From Botryllus schlosseri (lineage: Eukaryota), in NCBI GenBank assembly GCA_051294905.1, contig CM119372.1:26538001-26602000 (forward strand): a stretch of 64,000 nucleotides of DNA, given 5' to 3'. Within the stretch, counting starts at the first letter, position 1. Each line of letters opens with the position of its first letter. A program made the position numbers and the translations under genes. A model generated the notes under the pieces. That model saw only the letters and a list, made by a program, of their open reading frames with translations, did not search any database and was not told the origin of the DNA. Below, one piece after another: positions 1-11,915 of this stretch.

Positions 1-133
1 AACGATGTTCATCAAATTTGGTTCGATTCAAACCAGTGGAAGCGGAGTTATTGCCATCGAAAAATTCGGATTTTAATAAAATAGCATTTACGGTGGGCAC
101 CACTATAATAAATAATTAAAGAATTGTGTCACG
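1..133. repeat. Fragment of the repeat family also present at 37622-37975
   Basis: Aligns by eye with 37841-37975 (ccagtggaagcgg...tttacggtg.gcac.actataataaata). Confidence 0.75.
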
Positions 134-431
134 CTGTCATACTGTTTTACGCAACCATTGTTATGCACTGCATTGTTGCTGTGTTCTGGCTCCATTGATG
201 TTATTTCTAAATTCGACATTAATGCGTCATAATTCTCCATCTGGTTTTGAATTAAACTCTGTTTTGCTTCCTTTATGGTGCCGGTAGCTCTTTAATAGGC
301 ACGCGAAAAGTTCTTCGGGTTTCAATAACGTTTTTCATGAAGGTACTTTTGAAAGCAGTATTAAAATTTTGTACCACCAACCAGTTATTTAATTACTATT
401 TATCTTCAAAGTAAATGCTCATTGCATGAAG

Positions 432-897
432 CAGGGTTGTAAGACTCGAGTCAGGATTTTCTGTTGACTCGACTTGACTCAGGTCATGTTCTCAAAGTAC
501 TGAAATGACTCGACTCATTGCGCATGACTTGAGACTCAGACTACCAAGACCGACATTTCATGATTATTTCAAAGAATAGTACAGCAAATCGCTATTGGGA
601 TTTCGTCTATTGATACTGGTATTTGAAAATGCGGCCAGAAACTGCTAAAAGTAAGGAAAATTCGTATATTATAAATGCGACCCACTCGATATCACAAAAA
701 AGTTGGTTTAACAAGACTTAAATTGGAAACTGAGCAGCTAACACAATGGCTCTGGCTCGAGTCATAATACCATAACTCGGACTCGGCCCTCTGCTCGCTG
801 ACTTGGACTCGGTGGTGAATTGAAAATGACTAGAGTAAAAACTATAAAAGTGAGATTGACTTGCGACTCGGAGCCTTGTGACTTGGTTACAACCCTG
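432..897. mobile_element. Non-autonomous hAT element with GACTC subterminal repeats
   Basis: TIR cagggttgtaa/ttacaaccctg, perfect 8-bp TSD gcatgaag. Confidence 0.9.
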
Positions 898-981
898 GCA
901 TGAAGCCTCAATAGTTACATGAGTGGGGTGACTAGACAAAGAACACAGTGACATTTGCAGCATATCATGAATGTCTCTTAC

Positions 982-1469
982 TATATGTGATCTTGTTCAA
1001 ATGGAGGTTGATGAAAGCGTATTTCCCATTCTTTCCGACTCTGCTATAATTTCACCAGACTGGCAACCTTCTTCATGATGCTTTTTGCTGACTGACCAAT
1101 ATTGTCGCCGCCAACGGTACGAGTGCAAATGTCTGATATGTCAATATAGGAACAGAATTAGTTGACTGTTCATGACCGTCCACGTTCAGAGTTGCATCTC
1201 AAAGATGCTAAAATAAGCCTAAATATAATCCAAGCAATACGATCGTCCACTTTGACTGACTGAATTTCTAAAAATAATAAACATAACACCTTGATAGCTT
1301 CCACATCTTACACTTATATATACCGTCTGCTATCGGCAAACATTTGAAAAGAACAAAACAGATTCAACATACCAAATCTCTTGCAAAGGCTTTTGCTTTC
1401 ATTCAATATGTCATCAAACTTCTTTAAATCCTCCTTTGTGGTGAGTGGCTTCGTTTTATCATATACAAT
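982..1469 (-). pseudogene. DUF4806-like domain gene fragment (two exons, frameshifted)
   Basis: Exon 1469-1373 encodes IVYDKTKPLTTKEDLKKFDDILNESKSLCKRF (catag|...G|GTATGT). Exon 1132-982 encodes DICTRTVGGDNIGQSAKSIMKKVAS / NYSRVGKNGKYAFINLHLNKITY (atcag|...A|GTAAGA) with a frameshift. The motif order PLxTxEDL...GG...IM...NYxxxGKxGKxAF matches DUF4806 as I recall it. Confidence 0.6.
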
Positions 1470-1573
1470 CTATGGCGGAATAAAGGTTTCGGATAAGTTC
1501 TAAAACGAACACAATTTTCCACACAAAAGTCAATCGCCACACGAAATGCCAAATGCTACGGTGCCATTTTACA

Positions 1574-1725
1574 GGAGAGAGAGAGAGAGAAATATTTATT
1601 GATTCGTCCAACCGAAACGAAAATAACATTGGCGCATGAAATTATAACAAGATACTTAACGGTGTAGGACAGGGTGTAATCGATATGACTCTGGGTAGGG
1701 TCAACTAGTCTGATCACACCCTGCA
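1574..1725 (-). mobile_element. 3' end of a CR1-group (L2/Crack-like) LINE
   Basis: Stem-loop gggtgtgatc...gattacaccc, AATAAA, then a (TC)n tail; resembles the 3'UTR stem-loop at 21962-22004. Confidence 0.6.
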
Positions 1726-1857
1726 TTAACAGTGACAGATATTCTTTATAAATTTGGTTGCAGTTGCAAGGTATGGCGAGGTAGTGGTGCGTTCCATTAT
1801 AACTAAACACCAATGAATTGCGCGTTTGAGCCTGACACGACTCCATAATTCCTACCG

Positions 1858-2912
1858 AAGTGTTGGCCGTTTATCTAGGCTCCTCCTCGCCATCTGATCC
1901 GCATAGCCATGTCTTAAAAAGCCTAGGAGTGGGCCGTGCTAGAAGTGGGCAGATGGTTGCCGATGAGCTCGGCACTTGGTGAATTCGGCCCTCGGGAAAT
2001 TTTGTAATGAAGTGTATTAACAGCTATTAATATGAATTATTAAACTAATAATAGTATTATCAAGTGATTCGTCAATCTTGTAAGGAGGTCAGGGCATCCG
2101 TAGATCACGCAGTCACGGCGTGATTAGATCACGGATTGCGTAGCCGCGGGAAATAACGCAGCGCTCATATACCGACCACGCGCGGTCTGCTTGGAATCGA
2201 TGGCGTGAGTGACGGGCCTGTGTCGTGTAAGTTTTGAGAAGATGGATCTTGGCGTTGTATGTGAGATCGAAAATGTGGAAGATCAAGCGGCGCTTCTTCG
2301 TTTATCGATCACGACAAGCCAGTGTTCCTCATCAACAAATGTTTCACATGATCACGTCAAAATAAATTATTTTTTGCCTTTGGAGAGACGATTCCACTCT
2401 GGGGTTAGGGTGTCTCGATAACAGGGTTGAAGGATCCCAAGATTACGAGATCTACCGCGAGCCACGACACGTTTAAATTTCCTTTTTGATACTGTTCATT
2501 CATATTAAATGCATTTCTAATGCGAAAGTGTTCTAGTGCCAATTCCTCCAAGGGCCGAGTTCACCAAGTGAAGAGCGTTGCGTTATTTCCCGCGATTACG
2601 CAATCTGTGATCTAATCATGCCGTGACTGTGTGATCTACGCATGCCCTGACCCCCGTACAACATTGACAACCACTCAAAGTGCCAAGTTCACCGGCAAAC
2701 ATTCCAGTAACCAATCATGGCGACCGGTACCGCTACGAGATCTACCACGGCCGAATTCACCAAGTGCCGAGTTTGTGCGGCCGAATTCACTAAGTGCCGA
2801 GTTCACTGGTAACCGGGCAGATACGGAATGATAATAATAAGAACCGGCCTGGTGTAAAATGACCAGTGTAGTCGAACCATCACCATGAACACCACAAACA
2901 AACAAACAAACA
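1858..2912 (+). mobile_element. 5'-truncated SINE (family X), split by an insertion at 1955-2814
   Basis: 1858-1954 and 2815-2912 together align with 15968-16151 and 60241-60430; (CAAA)n tail. Confidence 0.85.
1955..2814. mobile_element. Foldback-type TIR element with GG...CC termini (Mutator- or Merlin-like, non-autonomous)
   Basis: 8-bp TSD gggcagat; termini ggttgcc/ggtaacc; repeated gccga(a/g)ttcac units; inner ~100-bp inverted repeat 2062-2166 / 2573-2675. Confidence 0.8.
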
Positions 2913-3798
2913 TCTAACATGGAAAAGAAATTACCTTTACAGCCTTTGACAAACACAGTTACCATTGAAATCAGCAATTTAGGTCTTATTCGAAAGCAGA
3001 ATAACAATTGTTTTAGCGGACATATCAAATCAAATGTTGGAAAGTTCATGTAAATTAGCCCAAAATATTATCTTACTGTGACCATATTCTATCAATATGG
3101 TCTGGCTAGCCAAATTCTCTGGGCCAACATAAACAAGCTGCGTTTGGTTTCAACGATTAATAATCTTGTCACTGGATTCGAGGTATAATTGCACTCAAAT
3201 ATCAAATTTTGCTCCATTAATCAACATCAAGTTGAAAATGTCCATTCTTGCACCAACTTTTATGAAATCACGAATCAGTGTTATGACTTATATACCTAGA
3301 AAATTCAAGCATAAATATTATGATATACCGTAGGTATAGGTACCGGTAATTCAGATGTTTGAAGCGACTTGGACAACTAGATAATTATAGTGGTCTAATT
3401 TCACTAAATTAGAGCGAAATGCCAGCAATATAATTGTAATCTAATTCGGAAAAAACGGTTTAGCTCTAATTCTAGCCTGGAAAAGCTGAAACTTTTCTAT
3501 AGTTGTCTACACCTGTTTGCAGAAAGTCAAACAGCTCTAGGCGTCATATACTACAGGCAATTCGAAATACCCCATAAGCTATATGCTACTGCGTATATAC
3601 CTTTAACCCGCTACCTCAGTCAGTCACAATTCCTATATATTTACGGCATTTACCATACAGAAAGAGCGAACTATGCCTGGCTGCGACCTGTTGCGCGGCA
3701 AATCTTTGTCCGGCGCGATGACGTAAAATTTGAATCGCCGAAATATTCTAGAAGTCACGCATCGATAATCATATTCCTAAACGTACAACATCTCACTT

Positions 3799-4002
3799 AG
3801 AGAGAGAGAGAGAGAGAGATATGATATTCTTTCTCGCCTGCACCATCGAGATGCTTTGGCGACGGAGTTGCGATACGGCCCCATGAGGTCATCTAGTCTG
3901 CGCCCCGTTTTTTTCTCCTCCATGCTATCCGTGATTGCTGAGCGCCTAGCAGGATAGCTGCGGATACCATTTTTCGAGTCTTTGGTATGACCCGGCCGCA
4001 CA
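3799..4002 (-). mobile_element. MetaSINE-type SINE, 5'-truncated
   Basis: Minus strand reads ccgggtcataccaaagactcgaaaaatggtatcc...cctgctaggcgctcagca (Meta core motif as I recall it), then a (TC)n tail. Confidence 0.8.
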
Positions 4003-4047
4003 TATAGGTCCAATACTAAACAACACAAAATGTTCTAGGACCCACTT

Positions 4048-4560
4048 GGTAGAAAGCCTTCTGCCAGGACCATGTGGTTGATTGTTATTATTCCAGTTTT
4101 TTCTGTTCACTTTGAAAAACGTTTCAAGAATGGAAGGTTGTATAATGTATATGTAGGAAAAATCGTCATGTTCTGTTATGCAAGTCGACCCTCTATTCCC
4201 CAGAAGCTCCATTATCTGTTGTATTTCCCTGCAGCAGACGCGCTCATTCTGGTTCGGCATGCATGCACAGTTCAAGCAACTGCACCATTCATTGTCAAGT
4301 GTCCGAAGTTGACTCTGGTTTTCTGACGATTCCTTTGACCAATACAATGAGATTGATAAATTGCATTCAAGCAACACAGGTACAATACTTACAGAGACAT
4401 GAGTTTGTGCTTCTAGAGTTGCAACAAGACGGGCGAATTCCTCCTCTGAATATTGTGGCTCGAGTTGATAAGGCAGGCTCTCACCAATCGTGATATCATC
4501 AAAATCTTCTGCATCTGTATCTTCATTAGAAGTTAATTCATCAACAAGATCTTCTTCCAT
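4048..4560 (-). pseudogene. P2X7 C-terminal ballast / Kolobok KolX-like Cys-rich protein gene, 3' part not found
   Basis: Acidic N-terminus, PYQLEP, then WCSCLNCACMPNQNERVCCREI...CITEHDDF (WCxCxxC-MP-ExxCCxE...CITxHxxF signature). Probable in-frame 60-nt intron 4392-4333 (GTAAGT...AAG) and a second donor near 4047. Confidence 0.75.
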
Positions 4561-4975
4561 ACCATTATTAATTTTAACAAATTTTACGTTATCTACGTGT
4601 CAAAGGAATTGCATGAATGAACTGATGGAGACAGAAGATTCGTTTGTGAAACTGAGTACAACAATGTTACGATAAAAATTTCCACAACAATATTGGAACT
4701 TTGATGAGAATGAAATAATGATATTTTCGTGTTGACTATCTATACATCTGTGTCTTGAACAAGTAAACTGGACCGTATCAAGATAGTTGATATGCCATGG
4801 GTAAATGATGCAAAATATCCTGTGTCTGTCTCTTCCGCAAGACCACTACTCCGAAGGTTGTGCACTGTGCAGTCATTAATACATCTTGAAAATGACAGGA
4901 TCATCAATATAGCTTTGCATCAATATACAACTGTAATGGCATCTCAGTATCAGGCAACTGGCAAATACTATAGAG

Positions 4976-6285
4976 CAGGGGTGGGCAATTATTTTCCTCC
5001 GCGGGCCAAATGAGAAATAAAAATACGTTGGCGGGCCGAGTGAAAATTTTTAGTTATATTCTCCGGCGTATCTCAATTTTATTTCTAAATTGCATTGTCA
5101 GTAAATGCTGCTTAGTGGGTGTGTTGATATTATAGGTAATGAGAAATTGACGATTAATTAAAAATATCCATTTGTCGTCATAATTGGAAACAATGTTAAA
5201 CATGATACATATTTAACTCTCTTCAAACCCCTATCCACGTTCTGCTGGTAAGACTCTAAAACAGTGGTTCTCAAGCTTTTTTCGGCACGCCTTCCTATAG
5301 GATAGTGAAAAATTTCCCGCCCGCCTTATCATGATATAACAAAATATTAAAAACTGTAACCAGAATGCTAGCAATCTCAACGGATAGTTTGATGGCATGG
5401 AAGGTTCTGGCTGTTGATACGAGAATCATGAAATATAAAAGTCTGACAATACGCAGAGCATAAACGATACGCTGGAAATTAATCGGGCGGAGCACGAAAA
5501 ATTATTTCGGTCAACTTCAGCTTCGCGCCACCCTTTTGATGCTTTAACGCCCCCTGTTCGAGAACCACTGCACTGAAATGTACATGGAATAGTACGAAGC
5601 TCGTTTTCTTGTTCGCTACCTTCCGAGCAGTGTGCAAAGCTTGCAGTTTTCTGAACTGTGCCCTCCCTTGACCACGTGTTTCGTGCTTTCGTCATAACAT
5701 CGACTTTAATTAATACCCTTAATCTCGGCGACATGCTCGGCAAAAACTAAAAGGACGAGTTTACCCCTGAAACAAGTATAAAATATTTAATGCTCTAGGG
5801 TAAACCTAAAGCTTTTTCGACGTTTTTTGGGCATGCCCGTGCCGGTTAATATAATTTATAGGTGATAGATATGAGTGGTATAGTAATCGAGAGCACTGAT
5901 TGACTTGTTTTACGAATTGGGGATTTGGAAACGTATGAATTTGAAATACATGTCGTATAATGCGTAATGTGACGTAGTCACAGTGACAATGGCAATAAAG
6001 AAGGTGTGAACTAAACTATATGGAAAGAGTGATTTCTTGTGACTTCAATTGCTACTCATACTTTGCCACATTACCTTTATTTTGAATTTAGACAAAGCAT
6101 GCGAGGTGCATAAGCAGTGTAATCGTGGCATATTAATTAGAAGGTTCCAAAGGAAACAAATTTCCAGTTCATTTGATACAGCATGGTTTTAGTCATTCAA
6201 AGAGCAAGTTTTATGTTTTGAATTCCAAGCAACCTGTCGCGGGCCGCACAGAATAGCTTCGCGGGCCGCACATTGCCCAGGTGTG
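4976..6285. mobile_element. Composite non-autonomous hAT element (contains MITE 5262-5570)
   Basis: TIR caggggtgggcaa/ttgcccaggtgtg, perfect TSD ctatagag; homologous in reverse to 55854-56936. Confidence 0.9.
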
Positions 6286-6362
6286 CTATAGAGTCGTGAC
6301 AAGCTCCAGACACAAATCCTCCTGACTTAACGCCGTACGTTGAGCGTCGCCTTGGTGTGCAA

Positions 6363-6645
6363 CACATGATTCCTTCATAACATCGCCTGACAACTATCTA
6401 AAGTCCGTCCTCTGCGTGACTGCCTAATCGCACCGAGCAAGTGCTACGATGAACTCATCGTGCCATGTAACGGGTTAAGAAATGAACCGGAGCCGCGACA
6501 GCTGCAGCCGGATGTGTTTCTGGAAATTTCAATAAATTGCTGCTCCATTACGGTGGCGTTCTGAGGAAAACGGCTGTAGCAAAAAATTTTCCTTCGTTTT
6601 GCCCTTCAATTTGAGACCACATCATTTTTTGAGTGCAGTGCTCCT
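6363..6645. mobile_element. Terminus of a Kolobok DNA transposon
   Basis: Ends gagtgcagtgctcct|TTAA; homologous to the right part (62240-62442) of the complete Kolobok MITE in this window. Confidence 0.8.
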
Positions 6646-6649
6646 TTAA

Positions 6650-8353
6650 AGAAATCACGAGGAAGTGTCGCTTCATAATTGCTAAAGTTTATGACTCACA
6701 TAAGCAGAATGGCCGTCTGTGATGAAATATTCTGCTGTGCAAACTCATTTTAATTTCTAAGCTGCCAAATTTCCAAATTGTCTGCTATTATAAACATATT
6801 GCTGTGATCAAAGTTTTGATGGGGTTTTGTTTCCAATAATCCATTTCTTCTGGGATATACATAACCGCTATTCCAGAATAACTCCAGGATGAGCTGCGAG
6901 ATAGGCGAGGCTCGGCGTTATATGTTTATTAAAAATATGTTTCTCAATTTTGCTGCCATATATGTTGAAATCATGCCCAAAGGTGTCGCCGGAAGCGATC
7001 CACGTTGTTATTACATTAGACAGAACCTATCTTTGTGGAAATGGATTTTCGGCACTCATTCATATCAAATCCAGGACGTGGATTTTCAAGACACGACCTC
7101 ATATTTCAAGTCATTCGACTACAAAATTCGCTTTGAAATGGTAAAATTTTTACCAATTTCTCCATACATAGTATGATGGTATTTTTGGAAGTCATTTTGT
7201 TGCTGTTCAGTACTAGTCCACAGTTAATATTTGCAAAAGACCGATGACGATTACACATCAATTTAGCTAACTTTGAACTAAAACGAGAAGGGGTCCGTGA
7301 CGGTTGAAAGGGGGTCAACGAAGACAAAACGTTTTTTTGTCCACCATATGATAGTTGGACAGCGTAGATGCGCGAGTGTCGCACTTATGCACTTTTGATA
7401 CCTCCACTTTTGATACCGAAATAAAGAAGTCATTGAAGTTTTCGGGGCAGTGGAACTGATACATAAATTTGTCAATTTCTAGTTTTCGCATATCTTTTAC
7501 GTGTAGAACACCGAATCTTTTGGGTAGTGATTTGTTGGACACACATCCTGGTCCCTTTCGGGCCCTAGCTATGATACGGAGGACCAGATGTGGTAGTTTT
7601 TGCAGCGGCTGCAGTGCAGTTTTACTGGCAGCCCTCCAACAGATGGTTCCATATTGTAACTTCAATTGGAATAATGATTTAAAGAGTATCGGAAGGACCC
7701 AGACTGGCAGGGTAGTCTCTAAGGCTGTAGAACAGACCACAGTTTCGTGATATTTTTCTTGCGATTGAATGTGACTCTTCCAGGACATGTTCCAGTCATG
7801 TAAAACCCGAAGGCAAAGCATAAGATAGTTTCGCTTCATAATTGCTAAAATCTCTGGACTCAGATCATTAGAATGGTTGTCTCCAGAGATAAAATATCCT
7901 ACTGTGCAAAATCATTTTAGTTGCCAAATTGCGAATAGTCTACTGATACAAACATATTGCTGTTTAGAGACGTTTTGTTGGGGTAGTTTGAAATAGCAAT
8001 TCCTGAATTTATTTTTCTTAACCAGTCCCAATGAAAGGATTGAAACCCCGCTACGAAGTCCATTTTCTACAATGACATATCCTGCATAATCACTATTCCA
8101 GAATACCTTCAAGATGAGATGCTAGATATAAATGACAAGGCTGAACGTAGATGTTAATTATTAATTCTGTTCCTCCATTTTTGGGCCATATATGTGGTGA
8201 TCACACCAAAAGGTGTCGTTGGAAGCGCTACGCGTCAATATTACATTCGCCAGCACCTATCTTCGTGGAAAAATTTTCGGCACTCGTTTATACCAAATCG
8301 ACCCCCGACTGTCCAAAAGGGGTCCGCGAAGAGAAAAAGGTTGAGAACCACTG
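6650..8353 (+). mobile_element. hAT MITE family A: two partial copies (6650-7335, 7817-8353) around a LINE fragment
   Basis: Both align with 24037-24818; right TIR ttgagaaccactg at 8353; the left end is missing at the Kolobok TTAA. Confidence 0.8.
7336..7816 (-). mobile_element. CR1-group LINE ORF2 C-terminal fragment
   Basis: SWKSHI...LQYG...LRII...KFMYQF...TR motifs; close homologue of 21200-21670. Confidence 0.9.
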
Positions 8354-8385
8354 GCCTAGGCGATGTAAAGAAGGGGCATGCACAT

Positions 8386-10323
8386 CAGACATGGGGTATT
8401 CGCGATTAGTAATCGTAATCGATCACGACGATTACAGCATTTTTAAGTAATCGTAATCGCAATCGATTACATTTGAAAAAATTCCGAAGTAATCGTAATC
8501 GTAATCGACTACTTCACATATCTAATCGATTTATTTGCGAAAGAACGATTACTTTTTATTTGTACAAGGACTATGACATTAACTGAACATTTGTGAACAA
8601 GGAAGAGGTATTATACCAGGTTCAGTGATAGCACAAACGTCTGATTTTCAAACGAAACTGCTCATTATTACGTCAGAAGCATTCGATTTGCTCACCATTG
8701 CGTAAGATGTATCCACACATCGTAAATAGATAAAAGATATACGATGTACAATTGTACATGAACAATAGTGTGATTGTAAGAACGCCTGCAATGTTGTATA
8801 TCAGGTCATCAATACACTCCAGACTCCACTGCCTCGCAGCAGGATAATAATCACCTCTCTGCCTAGTTTCAAATAGTAACTTAAGTATTGATGTCTGGTT
8901 ATTCTTATTGTTAGCTTACATGCAGCTCGACCGTTGTTGCTTGGCGGGAAGTAGGCCTATGGTTTGAAATTTTGTACTCGTCAAATGAAAGAAACATTGC
9001 GATTTCCACAATGAATCATTAAAAACCAACAGCTGCTGGTATATATCATAACCGAGTCGCTTTTGGCCGTTTCTCGTAATGGAAGCTTACATTATATGTA
9101 TTAAGTGGATGGCAGAATTTTATTTTCATTTTATCTTTTTCTCGTATGACTCTACCTGAAACGGGTGCCAATCGTTATTTCGCAATTCTATACCCAAACT
9201 TTGGACCTGTCGCCGTAGCCATCCGCTTATACACCATGCTAGCTTGGGTTGTAGCTAGAATCAGGAAAAAAACAGCAATTCAGCCCCCAACTCCAAACGT
9301 TGGTCTTGGGCCTCATATAGGGTGGTCAATTTTCAGGTTGACAATTGAATTTCGTCAGAATATTGGCAATTGCATTATATTACTATTCATTTTTAATCAT
9401 CTGCAACTCTCGGTGGTCAGATTTATACCGGTAGAGCTGCGGGCACGTAATTCATAATTATAACATCTGCTATGTTTTGCTTTATTGTATGTTGTTCATT
9501 CGTGATCTCCGGTCTGTTATATAAGCAAAATATATTGTAGTCACCCAAACGTATCAGACTAAACTTTCGTGAGACGCGCACACAAACTGTCATGTCTTCT
9601 TTCCTCTGTGGGAGCCCGGTGGCATTTGTATTGTGGGGCCCAGATTGGAAGGACATGACTATTCGTCATGCCCATCCAGCGCGGCCATTGACAATGGACA
9701 CATACCCACAGTTTCGGCCTCGAGAGCGCACTTCGTGGAGTCGCATGTTGGCCGAAACTGCATGTCTTTTGGTGTGTCGTGGTGCGGTAGTGACCGACAC
9801 CGAAATGCCTCCTACCTATAACTTAAACATGCTTTTTTTCTTGAGAGACACGTTTGCATTTCAAAATCAAGTTATCTAGAGACATTAAATCGCGAAGCTC
9901 GAAGAAAATTTTCAAGTTAATTAAATCTCATGAAAATATCCTGTAATTTACGAAATACTTTTGAGTTCCCTTCGAGCTCGCTTCCCACTCTATTCGGGAG
10001 TTTGGGGTGCGGCAGTTACAGACCTGGCAAGAATGCAAATCGGCGAGTGCGATAAATAGTCCCTATAAAGTTGGGCATTGGGTACATTATGATGTAACTA
10101 AACAGGTAAATGATGTATCATGAATACAGAAAGTTGTTATCTCATTATGCCTTTTCATCGCAATCCGTATTGTCTTACAATATATCTTTTAAGATTAGTT
10201 CTAAGAAACAAAATAAATGTAATCGTGATTACTTTTCCAATGTAGTCGTAATCGTAATCGCGTGATTCAGAAGTAATCGTAATCGCAATCGATTATATTC
10301 ATAAAGTAATCACCCCATGCCTG
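8386..10323. mobile_element. ~1.9-kb non-autonomous hAT element with GATTAC subterminal repeats
   Basis: TIR cagacatgggg/ccccatgcctg, TSD atgcacat/atgcacac; inverted homologue of 14687-17176. Confidence 0.9.
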
Positions 10324-11294
10324 ATGCACACTGAATGGAAAGTAAAGGAAGATGGATTCCCAAGTTAGATTGTGCCAAAGAGCGAAACACACGATATCAT
10401 GAGATCATTCGCTCTTCTCGTTTACTCGCGACACAGAAAATATGAAATCGAAAAATAAACAGAACACAAGTTGGAGCAACTTATAACAAGGCAGCGAGCT
10501 CTAATGTGTCTACTCTCCTTCATCGCTTTGGACCTTATTTTCCAAGACATATAGGGCAAAAGCCTCAACACAAACATGTAAGTTTTTCTCCCGTTCAACA
10601 AACTGGAGCTTCCGGGACCTTTGTGTCAGCTCTGGCAGCAAGCATTATTCACTCGCGAAAAATACACTGTATTTAGGATAAGAGTGCAAAACATATTTCA
10701 AGAGGCTGCCAGTGGCCATCCAAGCATTAGTAGTCGTTACTGTACAAAACGCAACAACTTGTTTGGCCGAGAAGGTAGCCGGCTTGTGTAGATGGTTAAT
10801 GTTATAAGAAACAGGTCTTCAACTCGATCAGCTAACCTGGTAGGTTTTATATATTTGCGAATATTATTCTAAAGCAGTGGCGGCTCGTCCTATAGGGCAA
10901 CTGGGGCATTGCCCCACCTAATATTCTGTTCAATAACAATTCTTTACCATTTATAGACGCACACCAATCTATATATACCGCAATCACAGCGAAAATCGTA
11001 TTCTTCTTGTCCTTTCGCTTGTAAATGCCCATATATAGCGAAGTCTTGCGAAAATCGAATTCTCTTCGTGTTTTCGCTTTGCGAATGCCTAGCCGGGGCA
11101 TGCCCCGGTAGCGCTCATAACAAGCTTTCACTGTCTATTCTCTCAAAGCTGCGCACAATAAAGAAACGGTGATTTACTCTCTCCTGTAAAATGGCCGAGC
11201 AAGCGGGGCAAATATGCCTGGTCGCCCCTAAGGTGTGATGTAACAGTCGTGTCTATATCTGAACTCGATTACCGTAATATGCGTTTAGTCGACC

Positions 11295-11915
11295 TTTGCT
11301 GGTATAGGTCGATTTTGATGGTGTTTCACACCATGAAAACTCTTGAAACTTGGTATGTCATGTCGTGATGGTGGTATTTAACACTGCCCCAAGTTTCAGG
11401 GTTTCTACTTAAAGTTTAGGGTAGTAATTCCGTTTCCGGAGTTGAGTGTGTGCTGATCCGTCATGTATCGCAAACAGATTTTACTCAAAAGCCGGTATTG
11501 GTATCGATTGATTTTGACGATGTTCAATACTGAGATCGGTTATGAAATTTGGCACGGTAAGTCTTAATGTTAGTATCGAACGCTGTGCCAAGTTTTAAGT
11601 TTGTCACTGAACTGTGTTAGTGGTAATTTCGTTTCCTAATTCGAGTGAGAGCTGACTCGTCATTTATCGCTAACAGATTATACGCAAAGCCGGTATTGGT
11701 ATCTATTGATTTTAACGATGCTCCTTACCTAGATCCGTCATAAGCTTTTGCACGGTATGTCTTGGTTTTAGTATCGAACGCTGTGCCAAGTCTCAAGGTT
11801 GACACTAAGTGATTAGGGCAGTAATTTCGTTATCAAGGTCGAGTATGGTAGAGATGTGCTCCGATCTGACACTTTAGCATACAACGCATTGCGGATTTCA
11901 CGCAAAAGCCGGTGT
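11295..11915. repeat. Diverged tandem repeat, about 3 units of ~195-220 bp
   Basis: gc(c/t)ggt anchors at ~11299, 11491, 11689, 11908; recurring tgaaa.ttggcac...tgtgccaagt motif. Confidence 0.75.

Noticed and set aside
2670..2812. CRISPR-like repeat array (gccgaattcac units)
   Set aside because: These are subterminal repeats of a TIR element in eukaryotic DNA; no unique spacers or cas genes.
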